DNA of 64,000 bases from Antedon mediterranea. Lineage: Eukaryota > Animalia > Echinodermata. The stretch spans positions 24,910,795-24,974,794 of the forward strand of contig NC_092670.1 of assembly GCF_964355755.1 (NCBI RefSeq), written 5' to 3'. Under the pieces are notes generated by a model. It was not told the origin of the DNA. It saw only the letters and a list, made by a program, of their open reading frames with translations, and made no database searches. The stretch's first letter is position 1. Each line of letters opens with the position of its first letter. Made by a program: the position numbers and the translations under genes. Below, in pieces: positions 28,801 through 40,800 of this stretch.

Positions 28801-31800
28801 CAAGCCTTCAAAGTTGAGATAGAACTTTTAAACTATATCATTCTATTCGTGTACATCACAATCACTATACTATTACTAACAGCAAAGTTCATCATTAAAA
28901 CAAAAATGTCAATCCCTGACATGAAAAAAACCTTTTTTAATAAAAATTGTGTTAAGCTACTTTTAAGATGGTTTACAAGACTATTTATAAAGAGCAATCA
29001 ATAATAAAAACACAATGTTCTGTTTTATAGGTTGTTGTAGCCTAATATTTCACTGATCAAAACAGACATTAATCTCATATTGAGCTGCATCGCTGGTAGT
29101 AAAGCTGTTGTATTGTTGCACAAGCAACTATTGCCTCTTTTGTTACTATCACGCATGTTGCTATCAATTCATGCATACATATTGATTGTTTTTGATATCA
29201 AATTAAAATAATTGGTCACGAACCTGGTACTATACTACTTCTTTGTAAATTCAGTCAGTCGCGGATAGCTCGTTTATTGTTTTTTTTTAATTCATTGATT
29301 ACCATGGTTTTTATTGCGTTAAACACAATGCTATTGCTGCTGTTGCAGCAAGGTACATAAAAGATGATGTAAACACAACCATGATATTGTTGATGTATTC
29401 CAACAGTTTACTAATTATTGCACATAGTAATTAAAAATTTAATTCATTCTGTGCAAATAATCCAGGTTGGTTGAATATTAATGTTGAATATTTAATCATC
29501 AAACAAAGGCAAAATGTATATATATATATATAAAGTACAAAATGTTTGAAAAATCAGCACTTTACTTGCAGCAATACATTAGCCTATATTGTATACATTT
29601 CTGACCAACTTATATTCATATTATTAATTTCTTACCAAATATTGGTGAAATTTATCATTTTAAGCTTGGTTTCAACTAGGACGCGACACAAGGGCAGGCC
29701 TTGTCTTTTGAAAAAAAAAGGTGTGCTACACATTGCACTCCTCAATACATTCAGGGGTTCTGTAGGTGTGCTGTTTGTATGTTGGTGTGTATAAGTTTAC
29801 CAAATTTAAGCGTGTTGTAAATCGCACTCCTCAAGGGCAGTTTAGGAGTGTGTTAGGTATAAGTAATCACACTCGCTTGCCTTAAAAGACAAGGCCTGCA
29901 AGGGCGCAAGTACAATGCAAGTGAATTGGCCAATCACAAGCAAAAGGTCGGATTATCCATCGCGTCATGATTAGGGTCAACTCACGTCGTGTTGCATCCT
30001 AGTGGGAACTACGCTTAATGCTTGCTACAGGACTGTACAAGTGTGCAAGCATGGAGTAACCCCCCCCCCCCCCCCCCCCCCTCAATGGTGTAACTACAGG
30101 TAAAGTCCATCGGGTTAAATGTAGGCCTAAATTATATTTTGAAGAACATATTGAGTGAAAATTTCCTTTAAAAACTGTGTAGTGTTATAATTCAGAAAGA
30201 GGAGTATTACTTGCTAATGATAGCAGTGGAAAATATAATAATCTTATACTTAATATTCTATTATTCTTATTAAACAGAAATTGTCCAGGTAATGAAAATT
30301 ATTCTAAGAACCTAGCAGTGAAAATATCATTATCATTAACTTATTCTTTGCACAATCATTATATACTTGTCAAAACACCATTTATTCACTGACCTAAAGG
30401 GAAATTCATTCAATCTAATGGGTTACAAATCGGATTGCAGAAAATCAATTGTATACGGTTTTTGGCACTATCTAGTTTGTCGATACAGTGTTTCTGATTG
30501 AGTAGATGGAAAATATTATGTTGCATGCACGGCGTTAAATGTAATTATTGTATTAAAAAGAATTCAATAGCTGGTGAAGTTTGAGTATTTACTATGAAAA
30601 CATAAATTGTGAAACTAGGACATTTCTGGTTGTTGACACGTTACTGTGGCTTTACATTTTATAAATTTCAATTATAATTTCTTTCTTTAAATTTTTAAAG
30701 AGAGTAGTAAGAAAAAATACAGATCAGATACAGTGTTGGTTAATTTAAATTGTAGTTAATTTTATCTTATTATATTTTTATGTAAAGCTCTGCCCACACT
30801 ATTAAATTTTATCTGACAAAAAAATGTGATGTGTCCATATATGGACATGATGATATCATATCACTACAATATTTAGGCATATGACCACCATGTTTGGGCA
30901 CATCACACATATTTGTCACATAAAGTTTGATAGTGTAGACAGAGCCACCAGTCAGAGTTTCGACTTTTGTCTAATAATTTAAAAAGCTCAAGTAGTAAAC
31001 GTATGAAATGCCATATGTGCCAAAATATTTATATTTTTACCAATATTAAGTCAAAATTCCATCTAGCACCAAGACTAATACAATGTATTCATTCAATTTA
31101 AATATCTATTTTAGTACAATGTGCACTGGGCGTAGCTTACATGAAAGTGATGAGAAAACCAGTCATTCATTATGTTTTGTGAGTTAATGATTAATAATAC
31201 TATGCAATAAATTACTTATGAAAAATAATTGCTTTGTCTGAAACAGATAATGAGAAAAACCTGTACATTAAAAATAATAATTGTGAAGCATCCTCAATCA
31301 TTTTAAATTCTTTATCTACAAATCCTACCATTAATATACTGTAATCAAATCATTTTAACTTTATACACAATTTATTAATATTAAAATAATACTATTACTA
31401 TCATTAATAAAGCAATATCATTTATCATACTTCTGTTATCATGCTGTCACAGTACCTATACCTCAGGACTAGATATTACTTTCTGTTCAACTTAGTAGTA
31501 AAATTTAATTAGTAAAATGAAAAACCCATGGTGGCTTTAGATGTAGAAATAGTGCAGATACAGAAAGTTTGCATTAGAAAGAGAGTATAGGAATCCAAGG
31601 GGGAGGTGTGGTTCAGGCGTGGATTTAGCCGAGGGCTAAATAGGCTTTAGCCCTAGCTCTCCCTTAAATTTTTCTCCAACCTGATAAATGGTTTCTATCA
31701 TTTAAAAAATATTTAGCCCATTAATCTATAATGCTGGATCCGCCCCTGTGCAGAACATAGAACAATATATGGAGTAAGAGCAGTTTTCTGTTTGGGCTCA

Positions 31801-34800
31801 TGGCAAGATGAAATATCAAAAAACTTACTTAAGAACTTTTGCTGAATAAATATTATTATTAATAGTTTCAGTTTAAGATTCTCGTTTTGCATTATAAAAT
31901 ATGGTCAGAAACCATCCCCTCTCCTTTCGATTTCTAGACCCTTTGGATTTCTAGACCCCTTGGATCTCTAGATCCCCCTCCTTAATGCAAACTTTTGTAC
32001 CATATTCCAACACCTCTAAAAGCCACTCATCACAGACCAGCAAGCACAGTAGTAAAGTGTTTAATGGGCTTTTACTTACTTAGTAATGGAATACATCATA
32101 ACTCAGAGCATGAAACATAAGAGTGTATTGATTATGAAGCAGGTGGTGGACACGATATGCTGTCCGTCGCCGCCGTATTTACGACGATTCGATTTAAGAT
32201 TTCATTGCACAATTCTAAAGACACTGCATCAAATAGCAATTTGTCTTGGAATGATACCTTAAGGTATGGTACGGCAGTTGCTAGGCAACAAATGCTAGTA
32301 GGGAATGAGGAATAATTTCCTTTTGAGAAGATTAAAATGACTTGAGGTGAAATTCATGGCACAACTTTTAATCAGGAATGATCAATAGACAGAGTATGTA
32401 TTTGCTGAAATTAGCCATTCATTTTATTCTGATTTAAATAGATAAAAATACTGAATGTATGCTTGCCTGGATACATAACATTTTATAAGAATTAGTTTAT
32501 TGGTAAATTTGATTTCATACACTTTTTGCTGACTGTTGGTGCTGCAAGCAATGTCAGTGTTATTATTAGTGATAATGTTACCAACTTGTTGGTGCTTATA
32601 AGTTATATTGCCCTTATTTCTGTTGCCAATGTTACTGCCCTTGTTGGTGCTTATATTGCTCTTGTTTATGTTGCCAATGTTACTGCCCTTGTTGGTGCTT
32701 ATATTGCCCTTATTTCTGTTGCCAATGTTACTCCCCTTGTTGGTGCTAATATTGCCCTTGTTTATGTTGCCAATGTTACTGCCCTTGTTGGTGCTTATAT
32801 TGCCCTTATTTCTGTTGCCAATGTTACTGCCCTTGTTGGTGCTTATATTGCTCTTGTTTATGTTGCCAATGTTACTGCCCTTGTTGGGGCTTATATCTGC
32901 CCTTATTTCTGTTGCCAATGTTACTGCCCTTGTTGGTGCTTATATTGCCCTTGTTTATGTTGCCAATGTTACTGCCCTTGTTGGTGCTTATATTGCCCTT
33001 ATTTCTGTTGCCAATGTTACTGCCCTTGTTGGTGCTTATATTGCCCTTATTTCTGTTGCCAATGTTACTGCTGTTGGTACTAATACTGCCCTTGTTAATG
33101 GTAATACTTTCCTTGTTTTTGTTGCCAATGTTGCTGCCCTCGTTGATGCTAATACTTCTCTTGTTTTTGTTGCCAATGTTGTTGCCCTTCTTGGTACTAA
33201 TACTGCCCTTATTAATGCTAATACTGCCTTGTTTCTGTTGCCAATTTGCTGCCCTTGTTGGTGCTAATATTGTCCTTGGTTCTGTTGCCAATGCTGCTGC
33301 CCTTGTTGGTGCTAATATTGTCCTTGCTTCTGTTGCCAATGTTGCTGCCCTTGTTGATGCTAATACTAACTTGTTTCTGTAACCAATGCTACTGCCCTTG
33401 TTTGTTCGTGCTAATACTGCCCTTGTATATGCTTTACAGGTCTTGTTGCTGTTGATACTTCTTAAAGCTTTTTTTCATTTCTTGCAATAAAGATTTTCTT
33501 AGAAGATGTCCTTATTAATATTTCACTACGAGCTCAACATACTGAAGTGTAAGAGAGTCGCTGCTTATTTTATTAATCTTAACATTTCCTTAATAATACA
33601 CTGATGTATTTTGGCATCCAAGGATTTCTTTGTATTTAATAAGTTAAAATGTTATATGAGGATTAAAATAATTCAATGTCATTGATGGCAACATAATGGG
33701 AAAAACCAATCACTTTGAGAATGAATCTTTGCAAACAATTTTTAATAACACACAGCAATGCAAGTTGTAATATCTCAAAAAAGTTTAAAAAAATATAAAT
33801 ATGGCGTGTTTCCATACAAATTTTAGATTAAAAATGTTCAAGTAGCATATAGGTTGCATGAGCACATACAAAAATCATACAACGACAACGAAGAGATGAA
33901 AGATAATTTATATGTTGAAGTACAACGTATCAAAAAATATTGACGTGTTAATCCTCCAGTGACAAGAAACTCATTTAAACTTATAGCAAGATGTTCTCTC
34001 TGGTGTTTTAAAAAACACATTTCACATTCACATATGGAACAAAATAAATAAATTATTAAAAAATTAGGTTTTTGAGAGAGAAACGAACAAATGGCTATTA
34101 ATTGTAAAAAAGCAATTAAAATTACAGCAATAAACTATACAGTGTTTGTTATGGTTAATTCATTTTTTTTATGATAATTCATTTGTCAAAAGAGTGTGGT
34201 GATAATCATCATCATGTGTTTTTTTTTTAGAATTAATGACAACATTTTTTTTTTTTTCAGAGTTCAATATTTTGTAAGAGATTAGGGAAGCTTGTTCTCA
34301 GTATTGGTAATACTATTAGCTATCACGTTAAAACTTGCTCATTCTAACTTATTTGAATGTTGCGCATGAACTTTTTCTAAATTTGGTTGATTTGACACGG
34401 AAACAACCCTAATAATATTACTGTATATGTTCCATGGTTCTTGCAGCATTTGAGGCTTCAACCTATTCTATCTAGGTACTCAACATTAGTTAGTAGTTAA
34501 AGTACAGTAGTAGTATTATGCCAATATTCCCCACTGCTGGAGGGCTATATGGTTTACAATAATGTACAACTTACATAAAAAATATATTCCTATATTCTCA
34601 AATTCCTTAATAAATATTACAAAAAATACTAAAAGTTTTTTTAGTTATGATGAGTAGAAAACATTTTATCAGCTTTTAAGTAACAGCATAATGTACATAT
34701 TTTTGCAGACTACTGTACGTCGGTATTTGAGTATGTAACGGATAATTACTGTACATCCAATTCAAATAGCTTCGTTTCACATTTCCCTGCATGTGTTGGG

Positions 34801-37800
34801 TTAATAACATGTGATATCAGATGCTGTCAGCAAATAAACAGATTCAATAATAACTTGTATCTAGCACTTGCATTATTACTACACACTCTATGAATCTCAT
34901 AGAATAAATAGTTAACCGATTTTGTGTAATAAAAGTCAGCTTTAAAATGTACATTCCTACAAAATAGTTTGATGATTATCTGATAATTATTCTTCGAGAA
35001 AATTATACAAAATTAATGTTTATAAATGTACTTGGAACAATAAAATGCAAACACTATTGTTTTTCAAATTGCACTTAAAAATTATCAACTGGGAAAAGAA
35101 TTTGGGACATTTGAATACTTATGTTGGCCGACTGTAATATTAGGAGCGTGCACATCCAACAAACAATCACAGTGTATTTTGGGGGAGTGGGGATGCCCAT
35201 GTTATGGAATGATAGGCGGACTAGTCCATTATTGGAGAGGGGTGTACTGTTCAAAGAACTTAGTAAACTAGTTGAATCTTAGCTTTCCCTGATATAGTAT
35301 CACAGGTACTTTTGTGAGTGAGATAATACAACTTTGTTTTCATGACTTAATGCCTATTCAATCACTTCATAAAATGGGAATTTTGAAAAGACTGTTTTAA
35401 GTGATTAAATAAAGTTTATCTAATGAATGAAAAAACTAATATAATCATGCAATAAGACTTGCAATTTTATATTTATTATTAATTTGAGGATAAAGTGTAA
35501 TATTTCAGATTTTAATACTTACATAAATTTATTGTCAAGTTACGGTATGCAGAATACATTATCATTTCTAACTTAATCTTACTAGGTTTATGTGCATAAT
35601 TTATAGGAATAACTCTGGCATTTATAGATAAAAATCATTACATATTCATGCAATTTTAAAGAAGGATTTTTGAGAGTATTGGTAAAAAAGGGTGGGTACA
35701 GCACATAATAATTTTTTTTATGAACATTTTCTCTGTGTACAGTATATCTACAGTAACTAACTGTATGTATAATCAAATAAATCCTTAGAATAATGGCATA
35801 ATGTTTAAACATGCAGACTTTGTACAGTACAATACAAATATTCATAGAATGTTTTTAGTACAATGACTAGACTGGCTTTACAGTGCAAATGTTTGTATAG
35901 CAACTAACAGTAGTGGGCAAAGGTTTATTTGTTTCTCTGTAGACAATGATGACACCTACCACAGTGGCAGAAATTACAAATAATGTTATTGATTGAGGAC
36001 TAAATTGTTTCAAGATTTAATTATGATGATCTTCATTTTCAAGCCTTCCATAGACACAGTGTGTCAAAAATAAATGTAATATTTATGCCAAAATATAAGG
36101 CAACCTCGGCTAACATCCATTAAACACTACACGCACGTTATTAAAATGGTAGCCAAATTGTCTCTTGTTATAAAGTATTACAAGGCCAACAATTTTATTC
36201 ATTACATTTATGGAATTTTTTCCGATTCCATATTGATACAAGTTGCATAATTTTAGGTTAAATCATCTTATAAAAAATTAGTTTATGAATCAATTGATTT
36301 TTACAATATAAAATTTAATTTCAGAAAAAATATTTTTTTTATATTTATTGAGTGTACTTTCAATCTGGCAAGATCCTATTACAGTGTATACAGTAGGTAC
36401 TCAATTAAAATGGTGCTGAAAAGATTGTTATTTTTAGAGAAAAATTTGAATTTAAATCAACATTTTTGTTTGTCGAATAACAAAAAAACTTTATTACTGG
36501 GATAGTGTTGGGATTAGATATTAAGTATATGCTTTGTATACAGTATTGTACAAAGAAATGCTGTGATCACGTTGGATTGGAAGCAATAGATTGTCCTAAC
36601 AGCAATGGATCACTTCCTGTATTTACTGCTATTGCTAGATCTTATCGCAAACAAGTCTATTATTATTGAGGTTTCTGTAATAACCTGCCTGTAGCGATAC
36701 AAGATGTCAGTCATGTACATAGTACAATTAGTGGAGATGACAAGCTATCTCAGTCTAATGTATAAAAGGGTATTTTGACTAGGGTATAGCTACAACAGTA
36801 CTGTACACTGTAAACACTGGGTTCAATATAGAAAACTGACACTAATGCACTGTAAAATGAAATATAGAGAAACTTCCTAAAGACAAATCAAAACTCACAA
36901 ATTAATAATGAAATCATGATACAGTACTGTATGGAATAAAGAAACGTGTGCACTAACTTTAAACACTGCAGCTATGTATATCATCTGGTTGAAACATTTG
37001 ATAATACTGTACATGTTCTTAATGTCTAAATTATTTTAATATTATTCATTAGCGCGATTAATTATGTATTAACAATTTTGTTAAAATATTTGTATTTGTG
37101 TCACACTGTACTCTAAAAGATACTGGTAGTTTAATGATCTAGGTTAAATAGTTACATGGTACTATAATTAATAACTGTACTGTAGGTAACTGGTGGTTAA
37201 CACAACAATATTTTCCAATAAATTCAATTAATCCTTTGCTTGAAAAATACAGCTTATTACACAAACCAACAGTGGTGTTGGTAGTTTTGCCAGTTTATTC
37301 AGCAGGTAAAGGTTATCCTACAGTAGTTATATAAACTACAGTCTATTTTGTGACTTAGCTAAAGCTTGGTTCACACTTAGCACATAGCATTTACAAAATA
37401 CAGTTTATTTTATGGCTAGCTAAAGCTTGGTTCACACTAGCAAATAGCATAAACAAAATACAGTTTATTTTGTGGCTAGCTAAAGCTTGGTTCACACTTG
37501 AACTCAACGCAAAAGACGCAAGTTCAACCTTGTGCGACAGATTATACAGGTTGAATTTCACATCCTGATATAATATATTTTGTAAAATTTATAATTTAAC
37601 AATATTGTGAAATAAATGACCACAAAAATATCATACAGTAGTATCAAAATAACAACTTCTTGTTATTTATCATTTATAGGCAATTGATGTACATCACTTT
37701 ACAAGCGAGATTAAAACAATTTCACTGTAAAATGAACAGCACAATGATTGACACCTAAATGTAATTAAATACGTACAAATTTCAATTCATGTGACATCAG

Positions 37801-40800
37801 ATATATTCTTTACAATTTTATAATTATGAAAGCCTTCAGTCAATGAATGATAGTATACTGCATAATATAAATTGATGTTTAAAGAGTCACCACGTTGTCA
37901 AATGTCATACAGAGATATACTCGTTTTACAAGCGCTACATTACAACAGTCAGCAATAGTGCCTGTATTTTAATAAAATGTCCAAATAGTTGTCTTAACTG
38001 TTGGCTACAGTTACGGTTAATACAGTATGTATAATTATTTTCTATTTTGTCATGTTAAAAAAAAAAAAAAAACGAAAAGAAAAAATATTTAATTTTATTA
38101 ATAAAATTGAATAAATATTATAGTACTGTATCCAACAATTCTAGAAAGTACTGTAGATTTCTAGAATAAATACAATCAGACAATTTCATTTCATTTTTGT
38201 TAAATAACAGTTTTGCTATCCTAAAAATGCTAAAAAATTGATACTGGTACTGTGTGCAATATATTATCAGACTACATTACTGGCATATTGTACTTAGTGA
38301 TAATCAATGTAGTAGAAATATTACTACAGTAGCATATAAAATTTCACATTTAAATGATGACATTACAGTCAAAATGGTAGAATTATTTCTTCATAGCCAG
38401 AACCAAAACAGTTAAACAACAGTGTTGTTCAACAAAAGAAATTATACCATGCCTGGCCACAGACCATATTAAGCTCCATGAAAAGCAACAAAATAGACGG
38501 ACAACAAAAGCACCGAAGCAAAACGACTAACAAAAATTAACAAAAGAACAAGCCAAGCATAGAGAATACAGCAGAGAGAATTGTTGAAGTGTGTCCCATA
38601 GGACGGAATAATGCCACGCTGGTTAAACTGTAACAGCAACATATATGTTGATATTTATTGTCAATTAACACTACACTAAGTTGATATTGTAAGAGATAAT
38701 TTGATCAGTTTAAGATGATATACTGTATGATTGACAGTGAAAAAATGTACTTAACAATGATTACTGTTATTTTAAGCCAATTGTACAGTATTCAATTAAG
38801 ACTAGTGGTAATACATTTTTTGTATTAACAATAACATATTGCTCCTTTTTCACATCACGTTATTTATAGCAAATGTTCTAGATTTTACACACAACATGGT
38901 GTCAAAGCGCGGGTTTTGTATGATATGCGCCCCAGTGTGGGTAAACTCCTGATTTTTGCTAGGAAACGTGAAAGGGGGTATAAAGTGATTTAAATTGAAT
39001 CGGTTTCACGATGTATGGCACAAAAACCTACTACTTTACTGTCATTTCTACACTGGCTAATGTTTCTGAGCATGCACAGAATGACTTGTTGACTGGACAG
39101 CTGCATAGTTATCATAAATACTGTACTACATTAGCTTATCTAAAGTTAAAATAAGATAAATAAATAAAAATAATTATAAAATAAAATTTCTTTTTTTTTT
39201 TTTGAAAATCACAGTAATATATTAGAACTACTTTTGTCATAAACAAAGAATTTCAATTTGTTTCGGAAGTTACATCAATTCAAACAATTAACAAAAAGCC
39301 AATGGTAGTAGTCTATCTTTAGTTTAATTAACTTAATATTTTAAACTGTAGCAATATTCACTTTTATTTTAATACATAATATTATATTGTTTGCTTTTTT
39401 TTTTCGTGACATAGATTTATTGTACTGTAGACGACTTATAATAAACAAATTTAATCTCATAGCAGACTACTATTAATTATTAGATGAAAAATTATAACCC
39501 AGTGAGTGCAATACTACATACATTATAGTATTACATTAATAGTAGTAATGCAATAACAAACATATCAATTATTTTTATCCATAAAATGATAAATTGTCAA
39601 ATTATTTCAAACATTTACTTAATTTTGATTTATATCCGTATTACACATCGAGCATGTTACTAAGCATTATAGTCCATGAAATATTAAATCAAATTCGTCT
39701 TCTGACACGCGATGGTTAAAATCGAATCCATAATTCACGCAAAACTGAAATCAGTCAAATATGAAGCCAACGGAAGGTCAAGGAGATATGAGAAATTTTT
39801 ACATCATTTGCATTTTCGATAAGAAAAAAATGAATATTTGTCCAAGAAGACATCGCCTACAGACAAACCATCCATTAATTGTTATTAATAAGACGTAATG
39901 TATAATGCCTCTAGTGCTACTGGACTGGAAAACAGTAATTAAGTGGCTCCTCCGTTTTATTGGTTGTAAGCAGTTGTTGCTGATGTTTGTGTTTATAATC
40001 ACATATTCTAAAGATTGGCTGCTGTTTCAAACTAAAACAATTTTACAGAAATACCCTATCCTAGATTTGTGAAAAGCTTTACTACTATTGTACTGTAACT
40101 ATATAGCTATTGTGATGTACTGACATACTATGAAATTTAAACGTCCAGTTTGCTATAAAAAAAAAATACTGTACAGTTTAATCAAAAAGTCATTCAGATC
40201 CAACATGTAAGGGAGCAGAGACTAACCATTCTAAAACTTGATCCTAAGTACTGTACTGTATGGCAATAATAATTAATACCAAAAATGTTGTTATGAAAAT
40301 TTAGAAAGTTATGAAAGCATGTGATTTATGTTGGTTTACAATACAATATTATTGTTTCAATCCTGCACTGACTTTAATACCTGAAGGGATTACTTCTATA
40401 AAATTAAATATTAATGCTTCTTTTAAATTTGCGTTTGGGTGTAAACGGCATTAAAGCTTTTAGATAATAAAATCATAAACCAATCAATAGCATGTCATAA
40501 TAAAAATCCTAATAATAATTGATGGAAAATTAACTACAGAATAGGAACATTTATAAAAAACCATCAGTTTTTCTTACATTTAATAAAAAATTCAATTTGG
40601 AATACTGTAATATAACAAAAATTACGATTAAAAGGTCTGTATAGTGACAACGATAAATCATAGTAAAAGGTTAAATACAATGATTACAAATAGTGAACAT
40701 TGAGTAATTACTAAATTCTTTACATTTCCCTTGCTAACGGGTATTATCCTTCTAATGATCAATGGTGTTGTAAAACAAGATAACTCCTCCACGCCAGCAA

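Noticed and set aside
30060-30081. Poly-C tract of ~21 nt
   Set aside because: Simple homopolymer beside a MITE; length is unreliable and no function can be supported.
32424-33455. Six overlapping ORFs resembling membrane, Cys-rich or Asn-rich proteins
   Set aside because: All derive from one 48-bp tandem repeat with an internal frameshift; no supported gene structure.
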